Below, piece by piece: positions 9,234 to 19,096 of a DNA stretch of 34,472 nt. Location of the stretch: the NCBI GenBank assembly GCA_041310825.1, contig JBFYWX010000535.1:1-34472 (forward strand), given 5' to 3'. Below the pieces are notes generated by a model, which was not told where the DNA came from, did no database searches, and saw only the letters and a list, made by a program, of their open reading frames with translations. Numbering within the stretch: the first letter of the stretch is position 1; each line of letters starts with the position of its first letter. This DNA is from Desulfobacteraceae bacterium (lineage in GTDB: Bacteria > Desulfobacterota > Desulfobacteria > Desulfobacterales > SpSt-501). The position numbers were made by a program, and so were the translations under genes.

Positions 9234-11019
9234 TTTGAACGCCACCGGCCTCTTTTCGGCGGCCGACCTGCACTTCGCCCGATTGATGGCCCGTCTGGGC
9301 GGGAACGACGACCCGGCGGTGCTCCTCGCGGCGGCGCTCGCCAGCCGCGCCGCGGGCGGGGGGGACGTCTGCCTGGACCTGAACCGCCTGGGGGGCAGTC
9401 TCCTGCCCGATACAGACACCCCGCTGCAGTGCCCGCCGGCGCCATCCTGGGTGGCGGCCCTCAGGGCCTCGGCCGCCGTGGGCCTGCCGGGCGAGCGCCG
9501 GCCGCTCGTCCTCGACGAGCGCCACCGGCTTTACCTGCATCGCTACTGGGATTACGAGCATCGGGTGGCCGCAGCCCTGCGCGCACGGGCGGGCTCGGAC
9601 CCGCCCGCGTTCGACCGGGCACGCATGCGGGCCGTCATCACCCGTCATTTTCCGGAGCCGCCGCCGGAAGGGATCGACTGGCAGCGGGTGGCGGCGGCTG
9701 TGGCCCTGCTGAAGCGGGTGGCCGTGATCACCGGCGGGCCGGGCACGGGCAAGACGTTCACGGTCGTACGGATGATCGGCGTATTCGCGGAACTGGAGCC
9801 GGGTCGGGTTCCGCCGCGGGTGGTCTTGACCGCGCCCACCGGCAAGGCCGCCGCCCGGCTCGGCGAGGCGCTGCGCTCGGCCAGCCCCGGGGCGCAGGCG
9901 GAGGTGACGACCCTGCACCGGCTGCTTCAGCCGGTGGCAGGCACCCCCCTCTTCCGCCGCAACGCGGCCAACCCCCTCGCGGCGGACCTCGTGGTCGTGG
10001 ACGAAGCCTCCATGGTCGATCTCGCACTGATGGCGAAACTCTTGGACGCCCTGCCGGCCGGGGCGCGCCTGATCCTGGTGGGGGACAAGGACCAGCTGGC
10101 CTCGGTGGAGGCCGGCGCGGTCTTGGGCGACATCTGCGGCCGCAGGCACGCGCCGGTTTTCGCGGAGGCGATGGGCGAGCGGGTCCGGGAGCTCACCGGC
10201 CAGACCGTGCCGATCGGGGCCCCCGGCGGAGATCTCGGCGAGTGCATCGTGGAGCTCAAGACCAGCCGGCGATTTGCCGCCGGCAGCGCCATCGGCGAGC
10301 TGAGCCGCGCGGTGAACCGCGGGGACGGCGCTCAGGCGCTCGATATTCTCGCACGGCCCGGCGAAGCGTCGGTCGCATGGGTGAATGCGGGCGACGGAGC
10401 GGCGCTCGCGCCGATCATTCTAACCGGCTACCGGGCCTACGCCGACCGCGGCGGCCCCGCCGAGTTGCTCGACCGGCTGAACCGCTTCCGGGTGCTTTGC
10501 GCCCATCGCGCGGGGCGGCTGGGGGCGGAGGGGGTCAACCGCCGGGCGGAGCGCCTCCTCGCGCGGCAGGGCCGGATCCGGATCGACCCGCGGCGGGCCA
10601 CCCCCTGGTATGCCGGGCGTCCGGTGCTGATCACCCGCAATGACTACCGCCTGGGCCTCTTCAACGGGGATACGGGGATTGCACTGCCCGATTCCGAAGC
10701 CGGGACCGATGAGCTCTACGTCCATTTCAACGACCCGGGCGGCGGGCTGCGGCGTTTTCTGCCCTACCGCCTCCCGGCGCACGAGACGGTCTTCGCCATG
10801 ACCGTCCACAAGAGTCAGGGCTCGGAATTCGACGAGGTCCTGCTGGTGCTCCCGGACCGGGACTCGCCGGTGCTGACCCGCGAGCTGATCTACACGGCCC
10901 TGACCCGCGCCCGCCGCCGGATCACCCTGGCGGCCGACCCGGCCCTGCTCACCGCCGCCATCCGGCGGCGCATCGATCGGGCCTCCGGCCTGCGCGAGGC
11001 CCTCTGGGGCGCTCCCTGA
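9226..11019 (+). CDS. recD: exodeoxyribonuclease V alpha subunit RecD
   Basis: 597 aa with GGPGTGKTFTV, VVVDEASMVD and TVHKSQGSEF motifs. The start overlaps the recB stop by 8 nt. Confidence 0.93.
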   Translation: MTDLNATGLFSAADLHFARLMARLGGNDDPAVLLAAALASRAAGGGDVCLDLNRLGGSLLPDTDTPLQCPPAPSWVAALRASAAVGLPGERRPLVLDERHRLYLHRYWDYEHRVAAALRARAGSDPPAFDRARMRAVITRHFPEPPPEGIDWQRVAAAVALLKRVAVITGGPGTGKTFTVVRMIGVFAELEPGRVPPRVVLTAPTGKAAARLGEALRSASPGAQAEVTTLHRLLQPVAGTPLFRRNAANPLAADLVVVDEASMVDLALMAKLLDALPAGARLILVGDKDQLASVEAGAVLGDICGRRHAPVFAEAMGERVRELTGQTVPIGAPGGDLGECIVELKTSRRFAAGSAIGELSRAVNRGDGAQALDILARPGEASVAWVNAGDGAALAPIILTGYRAYADRGGPAELLDRLNRFRVLCAHRAGRLGAEGVNRRAERLLARQGRIRIDPRRATPWYAGRPVLITRNDYRLGLFNGDTGIALPDSEAGTDELYVHFNDPGGGLRRFLPYRLPAHETVFAMTVHKSQGSEFDEVLLVLPDRDSPVLTRELIYTALTRARRRITLAADPALLTAAIRRRIDRASGLREALWGAP

Positions 11020-11148
11020 CCCCCTCCGGCCGCCCGCGCGTCGGGGGCCGGTTGTCGGCCTCACCGTCATGTGTTATCTTTCCAGCGTCGATCGGTGTCG
11101 GGGTCGGTGGCGGGGTCGAATGCGCTTGACTGGCAAACACCGCACAGG

Positions 11149-11213
11149 ATCCAGCCAGCCATCCCGCCACCTGTATCCCGTATCCAGTATCTCGCAGCCT
11201 GTATCCAGCATCC
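11149..11213 (+). repeat. phased ATCC / GTATCC hexamer repeats directly upstream of ispF
   Basis: GTATCC at 11173, 11180 and (GTATCT) 11187, a 7-nt phase. GTATCC at 11201 and GCATCC at 11208, again a 7-nt phase. Further ATCC copies at 11149 and 11161. No Shine-Dalgarno motif precedes ATG 11218. Confidence 0.5.
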
Positions 11214-11217
11214 CAAC

Positions 11218-11691
11218 ATGCGCACCGGAATCGGATTCGACTTTCATCGGCTGGTGGAGGGGCGCCCGCTCGTGCTCGGCGGCGTGCTCATCCCGTGGGA
11301 ACGCGGCCTGCTCGGGCATTCCGACGCGGACGCACTGGTCCACGCGGTCTGCGACGCGCTCCTGGGGGCGGCCGGACTGGGCGACATCGGATTGCACTTT
11401 CCCGACACCGACCCGCGTTTCCGGGGCATCGGCAGCCTGCGGCTGCTCGAGTCCTGCCGCCGCATGGCCGCTGAGCGCGGGCTGGCGGTCGTCAATGTGG
11501 ATGCGGTGATCCTGGCCGAGGCCCCGCGCACCGCCCCCTACCGGGGCGCGATGCAGGCGAACATCGCCCGGGCGCTCGCGGTCGCAGCCGACCGGGTCAA
11601 CGTCAAGGCCACCACCTTGGAAGGCTGCGGGGCGGTCGGACGCGGCGAGGGGATCGGCGCCATGGCGACCGTTCTCCTCACCCCCGCGTGA
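11218..11691 (+). CDS. ispF: 2-C-methyl-D-erythritol 2,4-cyclodiphosphate synthase
   Basis: 157 aa from [12 protein letters not shown]..., containing [19 protein letters not shown] and FPDTDP motifs. The track ORF start (11071) lies upstream in the repeat region. Confidence 0.92.
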   Translation: MRTGIGFDFHRLVEGRPLVLGGVLIPWERGLLGHSDADALVHAVCDALLGAAGLGDIGLHFPDTDPRFRGIGSLRLLESCRRMAAERGLAVVNVDAVILAEAPRTAPYRGAMQANIARALAVAADRVNVKATTLEGCGAVGRGEGIGAMATVLLTPA

Positions 11692-11696
11692 GCGCG

Positions 11697-13733
11697 ATGG
11701 GTTCCTTCGCGCTCACGGCGCCGTTCGAGCCGCGCGGCGACCAGCCCGCCGCGATCGAAAGGCTCGCGGCGCATCTCACCGCCGGCCGCAGACACAACGT
11801 GCTCCTCGGCGTCACCGGGTCGGGCAAGACCTTCACCATGGCCCACGTCATCGCCCGGCTCGACCGGCCCACCCTCGTCCTCGCCCCGAACAAGACCCTG
11901 GCGGCCCAGCTCTACCAGGAGTTCCGGCAGCTGTTTCCCGAGAACGCCGTCGAGTATTTCGTCAGTTACTACGACTACTACCAGCCGGAAGCCTACATCC
12001 CCGCGAGCGACACCTACATCTCCAAGGACTCCTCCATCAACGACATGATCGACAAGCTGCGCCACTCGGCCACGCGCTCGGTCCTCTCGCGCCGAGACAT
12101 CGTGGTGGTGGCGAGCGTCTCCTGCATCTACGGCCTGGGGGCGCCGGAGGACTACCTCGACCTGCGGGTCGAGATCGACGCCGAGGCCGACCTCGGGCGC
12201 GAGGAGCTGCTGGCCGCGCTCGTCGCCATGCAGTACGAGCGCAACGACGTCGATTTTCACCGCGGCACCTTCCGCGTGCGCGGCGACCGCGTGGAGGTCT
12301 TTCCGGCCTACGAGGAGGACCGGGCCGTGCGCATCGACTTTTTCGGCGATCGAGTGGAGGGGGTGGCCGAGATCGACGCCCTGCGCAACACGGTGCTGCG
12401 GCGGCTCGCGCGCACGGCGATCTTCCCGGCCAGCCACTACGTGACGCGCAAGACCACCCGGCAGCGCGCCCTGCAGTCCATCCGCACCGAGCTGAAGCGG
12501 CGGGTCCGCTTTTTCCGCGACCGGGGCCGGCAGGTCGAGTCCCAGCGCATCGAGGAGCGCACGGGCTTCGACCTCGAGATGATCCACGAGCTCGGCTACT
12601 GCAACGGGATCGAGAACTACTCCCGCCATCTGACGGGCCGCCGGACCGGGGAGCCGCCGCCGACCCTGCTCGACTATTTTCCGCGCGATTTCCTGCTCTT
12701 CATCGACGAAAGCCACATCGCGGTACCCCAGCTGCGGGGGATGTACCGCGGCGACCGATCGCGGAAAGAGACGCTCGTGGAGTACGGGTTCCGGCTGCCC
12801 TCGGCGCTCGACAACCGCCCCCTGCGCTTCGAGGAGTGCGAGGCCCGCGTCAACCAGGTGGTCTATGTCTCCGCCACCCCGGCCGACTACGAGCTCGAGC
12901 AGGGCCGCGAGGGGATCGTCGAGCTCATCGTGCGGCCGACCGGTCTCCTGGACCCCACCATGGAGGTGCGCAGCGCCCGCAACCAGGTCGACGACCTGCT
13001 GGCCGAAATCCGGCGCCATGCCGCGCAGGGCGAACGCGTGCTGGTGACCACCCTGACCAAGCGCATGGCCGAGGACTTGACCGAGTACTATACCGACCTC
13101 GGCCTGCGGGTGCGCTACCTGCACTCGGACATCACCACCCTCGAGCGCATGGAGATCATCCGCGACCTGCGCCTGGGGCAGTTCGACGTGCTGGTGGGCA
13201 TCAACCTGCTGCGCGAGGGGTTGGACATCCCGGAGGTGTCGCTGGTCACCATCCTCGACGCCGACAAAGAGGGGTTTCTGCGCTCGGCCCGTTCGCTGAT
13301 CCAGACCTGCGGCCGCGCCGCCCGGAATCTGAACGGGGCGGTGATCCTGTACGCGGACACCGTGACCCCGTCCATGCGCCAGGCCATGGAGGAGACCGCC
13401 CGGCGGCGGACGATCCAGGAGGCCCACAACCGGCGCCATGGGATCACCCCGGAGGGGATTCACAAGGCGGTCGGCGAGACCTTCGACTTCCGTGGGGAGC
13501 CCCGGTCCGTCGCCGCCCCGCAGGTGGCCGACCCCCCGGAGTCCTTCAGCTCCACCGCGGAGCTGGAGGAGCGGATCGGCGCGCTGGAGCGGGAGATGCG
13601 CGCGGCGGCGCAGGAGCTCGACTTCGAGCGCGCCGTCGAGCTGCGCGACCGCGTCAAGGTCCTGCGACGGTTTCTGGTCCTCGACGCCGGAGTGGACCCC
13701 GCCTATGAGCTGAACGGTCATGCGCCGCCCTGA
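11697..13733 (+). CDS. uvrB: excinuclease ABC subunit B
   Basis: [11 protein letters not shown], Walker [17 protein letters not shown], and a C-terminal UVR motif ([15 protein letters not shown]). GTG 11688 is an alternative start that overlaps the ispF stop as GTGA. Confidence 0.95.
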   Translation: MGSFALTAPFEPRGDQPAAIERLAAHLTAGRRHNVLLGVTGSGKTFTMAHVIARLDRPTLVLAPNKTLAAQLYQEFRQLFPENAVEYFVSYYDYYQPEAYIPASDTYISKDSSINDMIDKLRHSATRSVLSRRDIVVVASVSCIYGLGAPEDYLDLRVEIDAEADLGREELLAALVAMQYERNDVDFHRGTFRVRGDRVEVFPAYEEDRAVRIDFFGDRVEGVAEIDALRNTVLRRLARTAIFPASHYVTRKTTRQRALQSIRTELKRRVRFFRDRGRQVESQRIEERTGFDLEMIHELGYCNGIENYSRHLTGRRTGEPPPTLLDYFPRDFLLFIDESHIAVPQLRGMYRGDRSRKETLVEYGFRLPSALDNRPLRFEECEARVNQVVYVSATPADYELEQGREGIVELIVRPTGLLDPTMEVRSARNQVDDLLAEIRRHAAQGERVLVTTLTKRMAEDLTEYYTDLGLRVRYLHSDITTLERMEIIRDLRLGQFDVLVGINLLREGLDIPEVSLVTILDADKEGFLRSARSLIQTCGRAARNLNGAVILYADTVTPSMRQAMEETARRRTIQEAHNRRHGITPEGIHKAVGETFDFRGEPRSVAAPQVADPPESFSSTAELEERIGALEREMRAAAQELDFERAVELRDRVKVLRRFLVLDAGVDPAYELNGHAPP

Positions 13734-15576
13734 CGCGCCAATATCCCCCCCTGCGGAGCCGGCCGTCACGCCGGCCGAGGTCACGACCGAGCCGGGCGTC
13801 TACCTGCTGAAGGATGCCGGGGGACAGGTCATCTACGTCGGCAAGGCGCGCAACCTGCGCCGCCGGCTTGCGGCCTATTTCAAGCCCTCCGCGCATGCCG
13901 ACCCCAAGGTCGAGGCCCTGAGGAGCCGGGTGGCCGCGGTCGAGACCGTCATCACCCGCACCGAGAAAGAGGCCCTGATCCTCGAGTCGACCCTCATCAA
14001 GCGGCATCGGCCGCGCTACAACGTGGTGCTCAAGGACGACAAGCGCTACCCCTCGCTCCGGCTCGACCCCGCCGAAAAATTCCCGCGCTTCACCATCGTG
14101 CGCAAGATCGGCGAGGACCACGCGCTCTACTTCGGGCCTTTCGCCTCGGCCCACGCCGTGCGCGAGACCCTCGGCATCATCACCAAAACCTTCAAACTGC
14201 GCAAGTGCAAGGCGAGCGAGTTCCGCACCCGCACACGCCCCTGCCTGCACTGCCAGATGAGCGGGTGCCTGGCGCCCTGCTGCCGAGAGGTGGACCCCAC
14301 GGTCTACCAGGAGCAGGTTCAGGAAGCCGTGCTGTTTTTGAAAGGGCGCACCGATGAGCTGATCCGCAAGACCCGGGCCCAGATGGAGGCGGCCTCGGCG
14401 GCGTGCGAATTCGAAAAGGCGGCGCGCCTGCGGGACAAGCTGTTCGCCTTGGAGCGCACGGTCGAGAAGCAGGTCGCCGTCACCACCGATTTCGGGGACC
14501 GGGACGTCTTTGCGGCGGCCACGGCCGGAGGGGCGGCCGTCCTGGTACACTTCAGCGTGCGCGGCGGGTTTCTGGGCCCCACGCGGCGGCATGCCCTGCC
14601 GGAGAGCCTCGCCCCCGCAGCGGAGCTGCTGGGCACCTTCATCCGCCAGGCTTACGGCCCCGGCACGTTCGTGCCGGGCGAGATCATCGTCTCCCACCTG
14701 CTGGAGGATGCCCCGCTGCTCGCGGAGTGGCTTTGTGCCAAGGCCGGGCGCACGGTGCGGCTGATCCACCCCCGGCGCGGCGAAAAGACGCGCCTGATGG
14801 AGATGGCGCGGCGCAACGCCGAGAACGAGCTGGCCCTCCTCGTTGCCGGCCGCAAGGCCGAGGAGGATCTCCTCGCGCGACTCCGCAGGCGTCTGGGGCT
14901 GAGCCGGGAGCCGCGGCGGATCGAATGCTTCGACATCTCGACCCTGATGGGATCCGAGTCTGTGGCCGGCATGGTGGTCTTCGTCGATGCCGCGCCCGCA
15001 ACCGCCGCCTACCGGCAGTTCGTCATCCGCACCGTGGACGGGCCGGACGACTACGCCTCGCTCGCGGAGGTGCTGCGGCGGCGCTTCGCCGCCGAGCGGG
15101 CCGACGCGCACCTGCCGGACCTGGTCATGCTGGACGGGGGCCGCGGGCAGCTCGGGATCGGCGCGGCGGTGGTGCGGGAGTTGGGGCTGACGGGGGCGTT
15201 CGACCTGATCGGCATCGCCAAGAAGGACGAGCGCCGAGGGGAGACCCGGGACAAGATCTTCGTCCCCGGACGAGTGAACCCGGTAACCTTCGGCCGCGAC
15301 GAGGACCTGCGGCTCTTTCTTCAGCGGGTACGCGATGAGGCCCACCGCTTCGCCATCGAGTTTCATCGGCGGCGGCGGCGCAAATCCTCCCTGCGCTCCG
15401 CGCTGGACGCCGTCCGCGGGATCGGCCCGGCACGCAAGGCTCGGCTGCTCAAGCACTTCGGGAGCATCGCGGCGATCCGGGCAGCGGCGCCCGAGGAGAT
15501 CGACGCGCTGCCCGGTTTCAACCGCGCGATGGCCGAGGCCATCCTGAGGGAGCTGGGCCCACGGGCGGCGCCGTGA
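13720..15576 (+). CDS. uvrC: excinuclease ABC subunit C
   Basis: GIY-YIG ([25 protein letters not shown]), UVR motif ([14 protein letters not shown]) and C-terminal HhH ([16 protein letters not shown]). It overlaps the uvrB end by 14 nt. Confidence 0.95.
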   Translation: MRRPDAPISPPAEPAVTPAEVTTEPGVYLLKDAGGQVIYVGKARNLRRRLAAYFKPSAHADPKVEALRSRVAAVETVITRTEKEALILESTLIKRHRPRYNVVLKDDKRYPSLRLDPAEKFPRFTIVRKIGEDHALYFGPFASAHAVRETLGIITKTFKLRKCKASEFRTRTRPCLHCQMSGCLAPCCREVDPTVYQEQVQEAVLFLKGRTDELIRKTRAQMEAASAACEFEKAARLRDKLFALERTVEKQVAVTTDFGDRDVFAAATAGGAAVLVHFSVRGGFLGPTRRHALPESLAPAAELLGTFIRQAYGPGTFVPGEIIVSHLLEDAPLLAEWLCAKAGRTVRLIHPRRGEKTRLMEMARRNAENELALLVAGRKAEEDLLARLRRRLGLSREPRRIECFDISTLMGSESVAGMVVFVDAAPATAAYRQFVIRTVDGPDDYASLAEVLRRRFAAERADAHLPDLVMLDGGRGQLGIGAAVVRELGLTGAFDLIGIAKKDERRGETRDKIFVPGRVNPVTFGRDEDLRLFLQRVRDEAHRFAIEFHRRRRRKSSLRSALDAVRGIGPARKARLLKHFGSIAAIRAAAPEEIDALPGFNRAMAEAILRELGPRAAP

Positions 15577-15589
15577 GCCCGGCAGCGGG

Positions 15590-16627
<1,038 letters not shown>

Positions 16628-16786
16628 CCTGGAGGTTTGTCAACAAAATTCATGAGTTGACTTGGCCGGTCGGAATGGGGTAAAGAGGCTCGCGCTGCGG
16701 CCGCCGCTCCGGCTCCCGCGGGCGGAGCTCTATTTTCGCTTTTCCGGCGATGGGGCCTGTGCTATTATTACTCTCTGACATCCCGA

Positions 16787-17407
16787 ATGCTTGAAGCGAT
16801 GGCGGTCGTCAACCTCAAAAAACGGCAGATCGAGTGCAAGATCGTCTACTACGGCCCCGCCCGCTGCGGCAAGACGACCAATCTCGACTACATCCACCGG
16901 ACCTTCACCCAGCATATCCGGGGCGAGATGATCTCGATCGACACCGAGGGTGACCGCACCCTGTTTTTCGACTTCCTGCCGCTGGAGTTGGGCCAGGTGA
17001 AGGGGTTCGATGTCCGCGTGCAGCTTTACACAGTGCCCGGGCAGATACGCTATGGCTCCACCCGCAAACTCGTGCTGCGGGGCGCGGACGGAATCGTCTT
17101 CGTGGCCGATTCGCTGGATGTGCGGCGCGAGCAGAACATACTGGCCCTGAAGGACCTGCAACAGAACCTGAGGGACTACAGCCTGAGCATCTTCAAAATC
17201 CCTCTCGTCATGCAGTTCAACAAGCGCGACCTCGCGGAAGCCGATGTCACGCTGATGAGCATGGAGCAGATGGAACGCGAACTCAACCGGCAGCTCAAAG
17301 CCCCGGCGTTCCCCGCCGCGGCGCTGAAAGGCACCGGGGTGGGCGGTACCCTGCGGGAGTGCCTGCGGCTGGTGTTGCGCTCACTGCAGCAGGAAGTGAA
17401 TTTCTGA
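16787..17407 (+). CDS. mglA: MglA-family Ras-like small GTPase
   Basis: KIVYYGPARCGKTTNL (P-loop), DRTLFFDFLP (switch I Arg/Thr), LYTVPGQ (switch II), QFNKRDL (G4). It is collinear with my memory of Myxococcus MglA. ATG 16799 is an alternative start. Confidence 0.85.
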   Translation: MLEAMAVVNLKKRQIECKIVYYGPARCGKTTNLDYIHRTFTQHIRGEMISIDTEGDRTLFFDFLPLELGQVKGFDVRVQLYTVPGQIRYGSTRKLVLRGADGIVFVADSLDVRREQNILALKDLQQNLRDYSLSIFKIPLVMQFNKRDLAEADVTLMSMEQMERELNRQLKAPAFPAAALKGTGVGGTLRECLRLVLRSLQQEVNF

Positions 17408-17417
17408 GACGGACGAC

Positions 17418-18311
17418 ATGCCTTCCAACGCCGACGTTTCCGGAAAACTGAGCTTCTTGAACCTGGGCGAGCTCCTGCAGCTCCTCGGCGGCTCCGGCGC
17501 GTCCGGCACACTGACGATTATATGCCCCTACGCCCCGGCACCGGGGGTGATCCATGTCGACAACGGCAACCCCGTCAATGCCTCCGCCGGGGCGCTCTCC
17601 GGGATAGACGCCTTGTTTTCCCTCTTCGGCTGGACCGATGGCCGGTTCGAATTCACCGTCGGCGAGGTCGCCTGCCAGAAGCTCATCAAGAAGGGCCGGA
17701 TGGAGATCATTCTCGACGGGCTCCGGCTGTTGGACGAGGGCAAGATCGAGAAGCTCAGCGGTCCTCCGGCCCCGGGCGGCGAGCCGCCGGGGCCGGGCGC
17801 AGCCTCCCCCAAAAAGTCGGATCTGCCCCCCATCATCAAGGGGCCGATGGTCGATTACGCCGCCATCGTGGACGAGGAGACCTACTACGAAGGCGATGAA
17901 ATCGTGCGCGAAGGCGCCCACGGCGGCTGGATTTATGTGGTCCTGGAGGGTTCGGCCGAAATCATCAAGGCGACCCCCGCCGGGCCCTTCAAACTGCTGC
18001 GGGTCGGGGACGGTGCCTTTCTGGGCAGTGTGGCCTCGCTCCTCACCGGGAACAACGTGCGCGGCTCGACCGTGATGGCCTGCGGCAACATTCAGCTCGG
18101 CATGCTGGACACCCAGCAGCTGGCCGGTGAAATCGCCACGTTGTCCAACGAGTACAAGAGTCTGATCAAAAGCCTCGACAACCGCCTGCGCAGCGTCACC
18201 TCCATCGCCGCGCAGATCCATGCCCGCGACACCTCCAGCCTGGCCTTGATCAAGGACAAGCGCATTGCCGCGCGCGAGGGGCACAACGAAGAGCGGCTGT
18301 TCCGGATCTAG
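17418..18311 (+). CDS. PATAN (DUF4388) domain plus cyclic-nucleotide-binding-like domain protein, ending at an in-frame TAG inside a second cNMP domain
   Basis: The N-terminus LNLGELLQLLGGSGASGTLTI...GVIHVDNGNPVNA...GIDALFSLFGWTDGRFEF matches the DUF4388/PATAN pattern. Residues around 160-260 (YYEGDEIVREGAHGGWIYVVLEGSAEII...VGDGAFLG) look like a cNMP_binding domain. The last residues (REGHNEERLFRI) start a second cNMP domain. Confidence 0.8.
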   Translation: MPSNADVSGKLSFLNLGELLQLLGGSGASGTLTIICPYAPAPGVIHVDNGNPVNASAGALSGIDALFSLFGWTDGRFEFTVGEVACQKLIKKGRMEIILDGLRLLDEGKIEKLSGPPAPGGEPPGPGAASPKKSDLPPIIKGPMVDYAAIVDEETYYEGDEIVREGAHGGWIYVVLEGSAEIIKATPAGPFKLLRVGDGAFLGSVASLLTGNNVRGSTVMACGNIQLGMLDTQQLAGEIATLSNEYKSLIKSLDNRLRSVTSIAAQIHARDTSSLALIKDKRIAAREGHNEERLFRI

Positions 18312-18320
18312 GCGGGGGAG

Positions 18321-18608
18321 GTGGTCGTGGCGCGCGGTGCTGAGAAAGGCTACCTGCCCCTTGTGGTCCTGCAGGAAGGGGACTATTTCGGCCACATCCC
18401 GTTTTTGTCGCTCGGCCACGAGCCGCACAGCGCGGCGGTCTTCTCCTCGAACGACCTCAAGCTCGCCACGGTCGACCTCCCGCAGGTGGCAAGCGAACAC
18501 GGACGCCTGTCATCCACCATGAAGCACATGATCGAATACCTCGCGGCTTGCATCTCGGCGACAACCCTGGTAACCATGAACCTCTACAATCGGTCCGGTC
18601 TGGTCTGA
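18321..18608 (+). CDS. remainder of the second cNMP-binding-like domain, same frame as 17418..18311 and separated only by TAG 18309-18311 plus 3 codons
   Basis: GEVVVARGAEKGYLPLVVLQEGDYFGHIPFLSLGHEPHSAAVFSS continues the beta-barrel begun upstream. It is unlikely to fold alone. Confidence 0.6.
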   Translation: MVVARGAEKGYLPLVVLQEGDYFGHIPFLSLGHEPHSAAVFSSNDLKLATVDLPQVASEHGRLSSTMKHMIEYLAACISATTLVTMNLYNRSGLV

Positions 18609-18637
18609 CCGCATGGACCGGGGAAGGGGCATCGCCC

Positions 18638-18985
18638 ATGGCGACTCGTGAACAGCGCAAGCACCCCCGTCTCAACAGCAAGAACCTCTCCTACATCTGC
18701 CTGGACGAAAACGGCCGGATCGTCAAGCAGGGGATGGGGCGCACCTTGAACATCTCCGAGTCCGGCATTCTGCTGGAAACCCATTTTCCGGTGGAGGCCG
18801 GGCACACGGTGGTGGTGAGCCTGGGCCTGGACGACGATCTGGCCGAGATCAAGGGCCATCCGGTGCACATCCGGTCGGTCGCGCAGGGGGTCTATGAGGT
18901 GGGGGTGGAGTTCGTCGAGCCGGGCCACAAGTCCATGCAGACGCTGAAGTGCTATCTGCGCGCGACCAAAACGCCGCCGGACTGA
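18638..18985 (+). CDS. PilZ domain protein (c-di-GMP receptor type)
   Basis: 115 aa from MATREQRKHPRLNS. It has RxxxR (R7-KHP-R11) and NxSxxG (N38-I-S-E-S-G43) motifs. A purine-rich GGGGAAGGGG lies upstream of ATG 18638. Confidence 0.85.
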   Translation: MATREQRKHPRLNSKNLSYICLDENGRIVKQGMGRTLNISESGILLETHFPVEAGHTVVVSLGLDDDLAEIKGHPVHIRSVAQGVYEVGVEFVEPGHKSMQTLKCYLRATKTPPD

Positions 18986-19001
18986 ACCCGGTCACCTGCC
19001 G

Positions 19002-19048
19002 CCCCGCGCCGCACCTTCCCCGCCGGTGAGGTCGCGCGGGGTTGTTTT
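19002..19048 (+). terminator. putative rho-independent terminator after the PilZ gene
   Basis: CCCCGCGC (19002-19009) pairs with GCGCGGGG (19034-19041), with an inner CACC/GGTG pairing. TTGTTTT follows at 19042-19048. Confidence 0.5.
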
Positions 19049-19096
19049 CAAGCCATGGGCGGACAAGAAGGCCTGATGAAAGGAGACGCTGTGTCG

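Noticed and set aside
6852-9419. 406-aa and 446-aa minus-strand ORFs
   Set aside because: Both are antisense to recB/recD and are shadow ORFs.
11020-11060. Terminator after recD (CCGGCC...GGCCGG, GGCCG-GTTGT-CGGCC)
   Set aside because: The GC-rich hairpins are possible but no U-tract follows. They cannot be distinguished from background palindromes in GC-rich DNA.
11171-11187. LexA/SOS-box-like CTGT-N8-...CAG upstream of ispF-uvrB
   Set aside because: The right half reads TCCAG, not ACAG, so it is not a palindrome. The sequence is better described as part of the phased GTATCC repeats.
11538-13784. 748-aa ORF on the minus strand
   Set aside because: It lies entirely antisense to uvrB, whose motifs are unambiguous. 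The translation is a low-complexity Gly/Arg/Ala/Pro/Val-rich sequence typical of shadow ORFs in high-GC DNA.
13654-15456. 600-aa ORF on the minus strand
   Set aside because: It is antisense to uvrC. It has no recognisable motif and a shadow-ORF composition.
18309-18311. Pyrrolysine (UAG) recoding as the explanation for the in-frame TAG
   Set aside because: TAG is used as an ordinary terminator by at least four good genes in this window: the holin-family gene (1305-1307), the SplB-like gene (22124-22126), the EF-G paralogue (22925-22927) and dxs (25842-25844). No pyl genes or methylamine methyltransferase context are visible. A nonsense mutation or sequencing error is more likely. It cannot be fully excluded without the whole genome.
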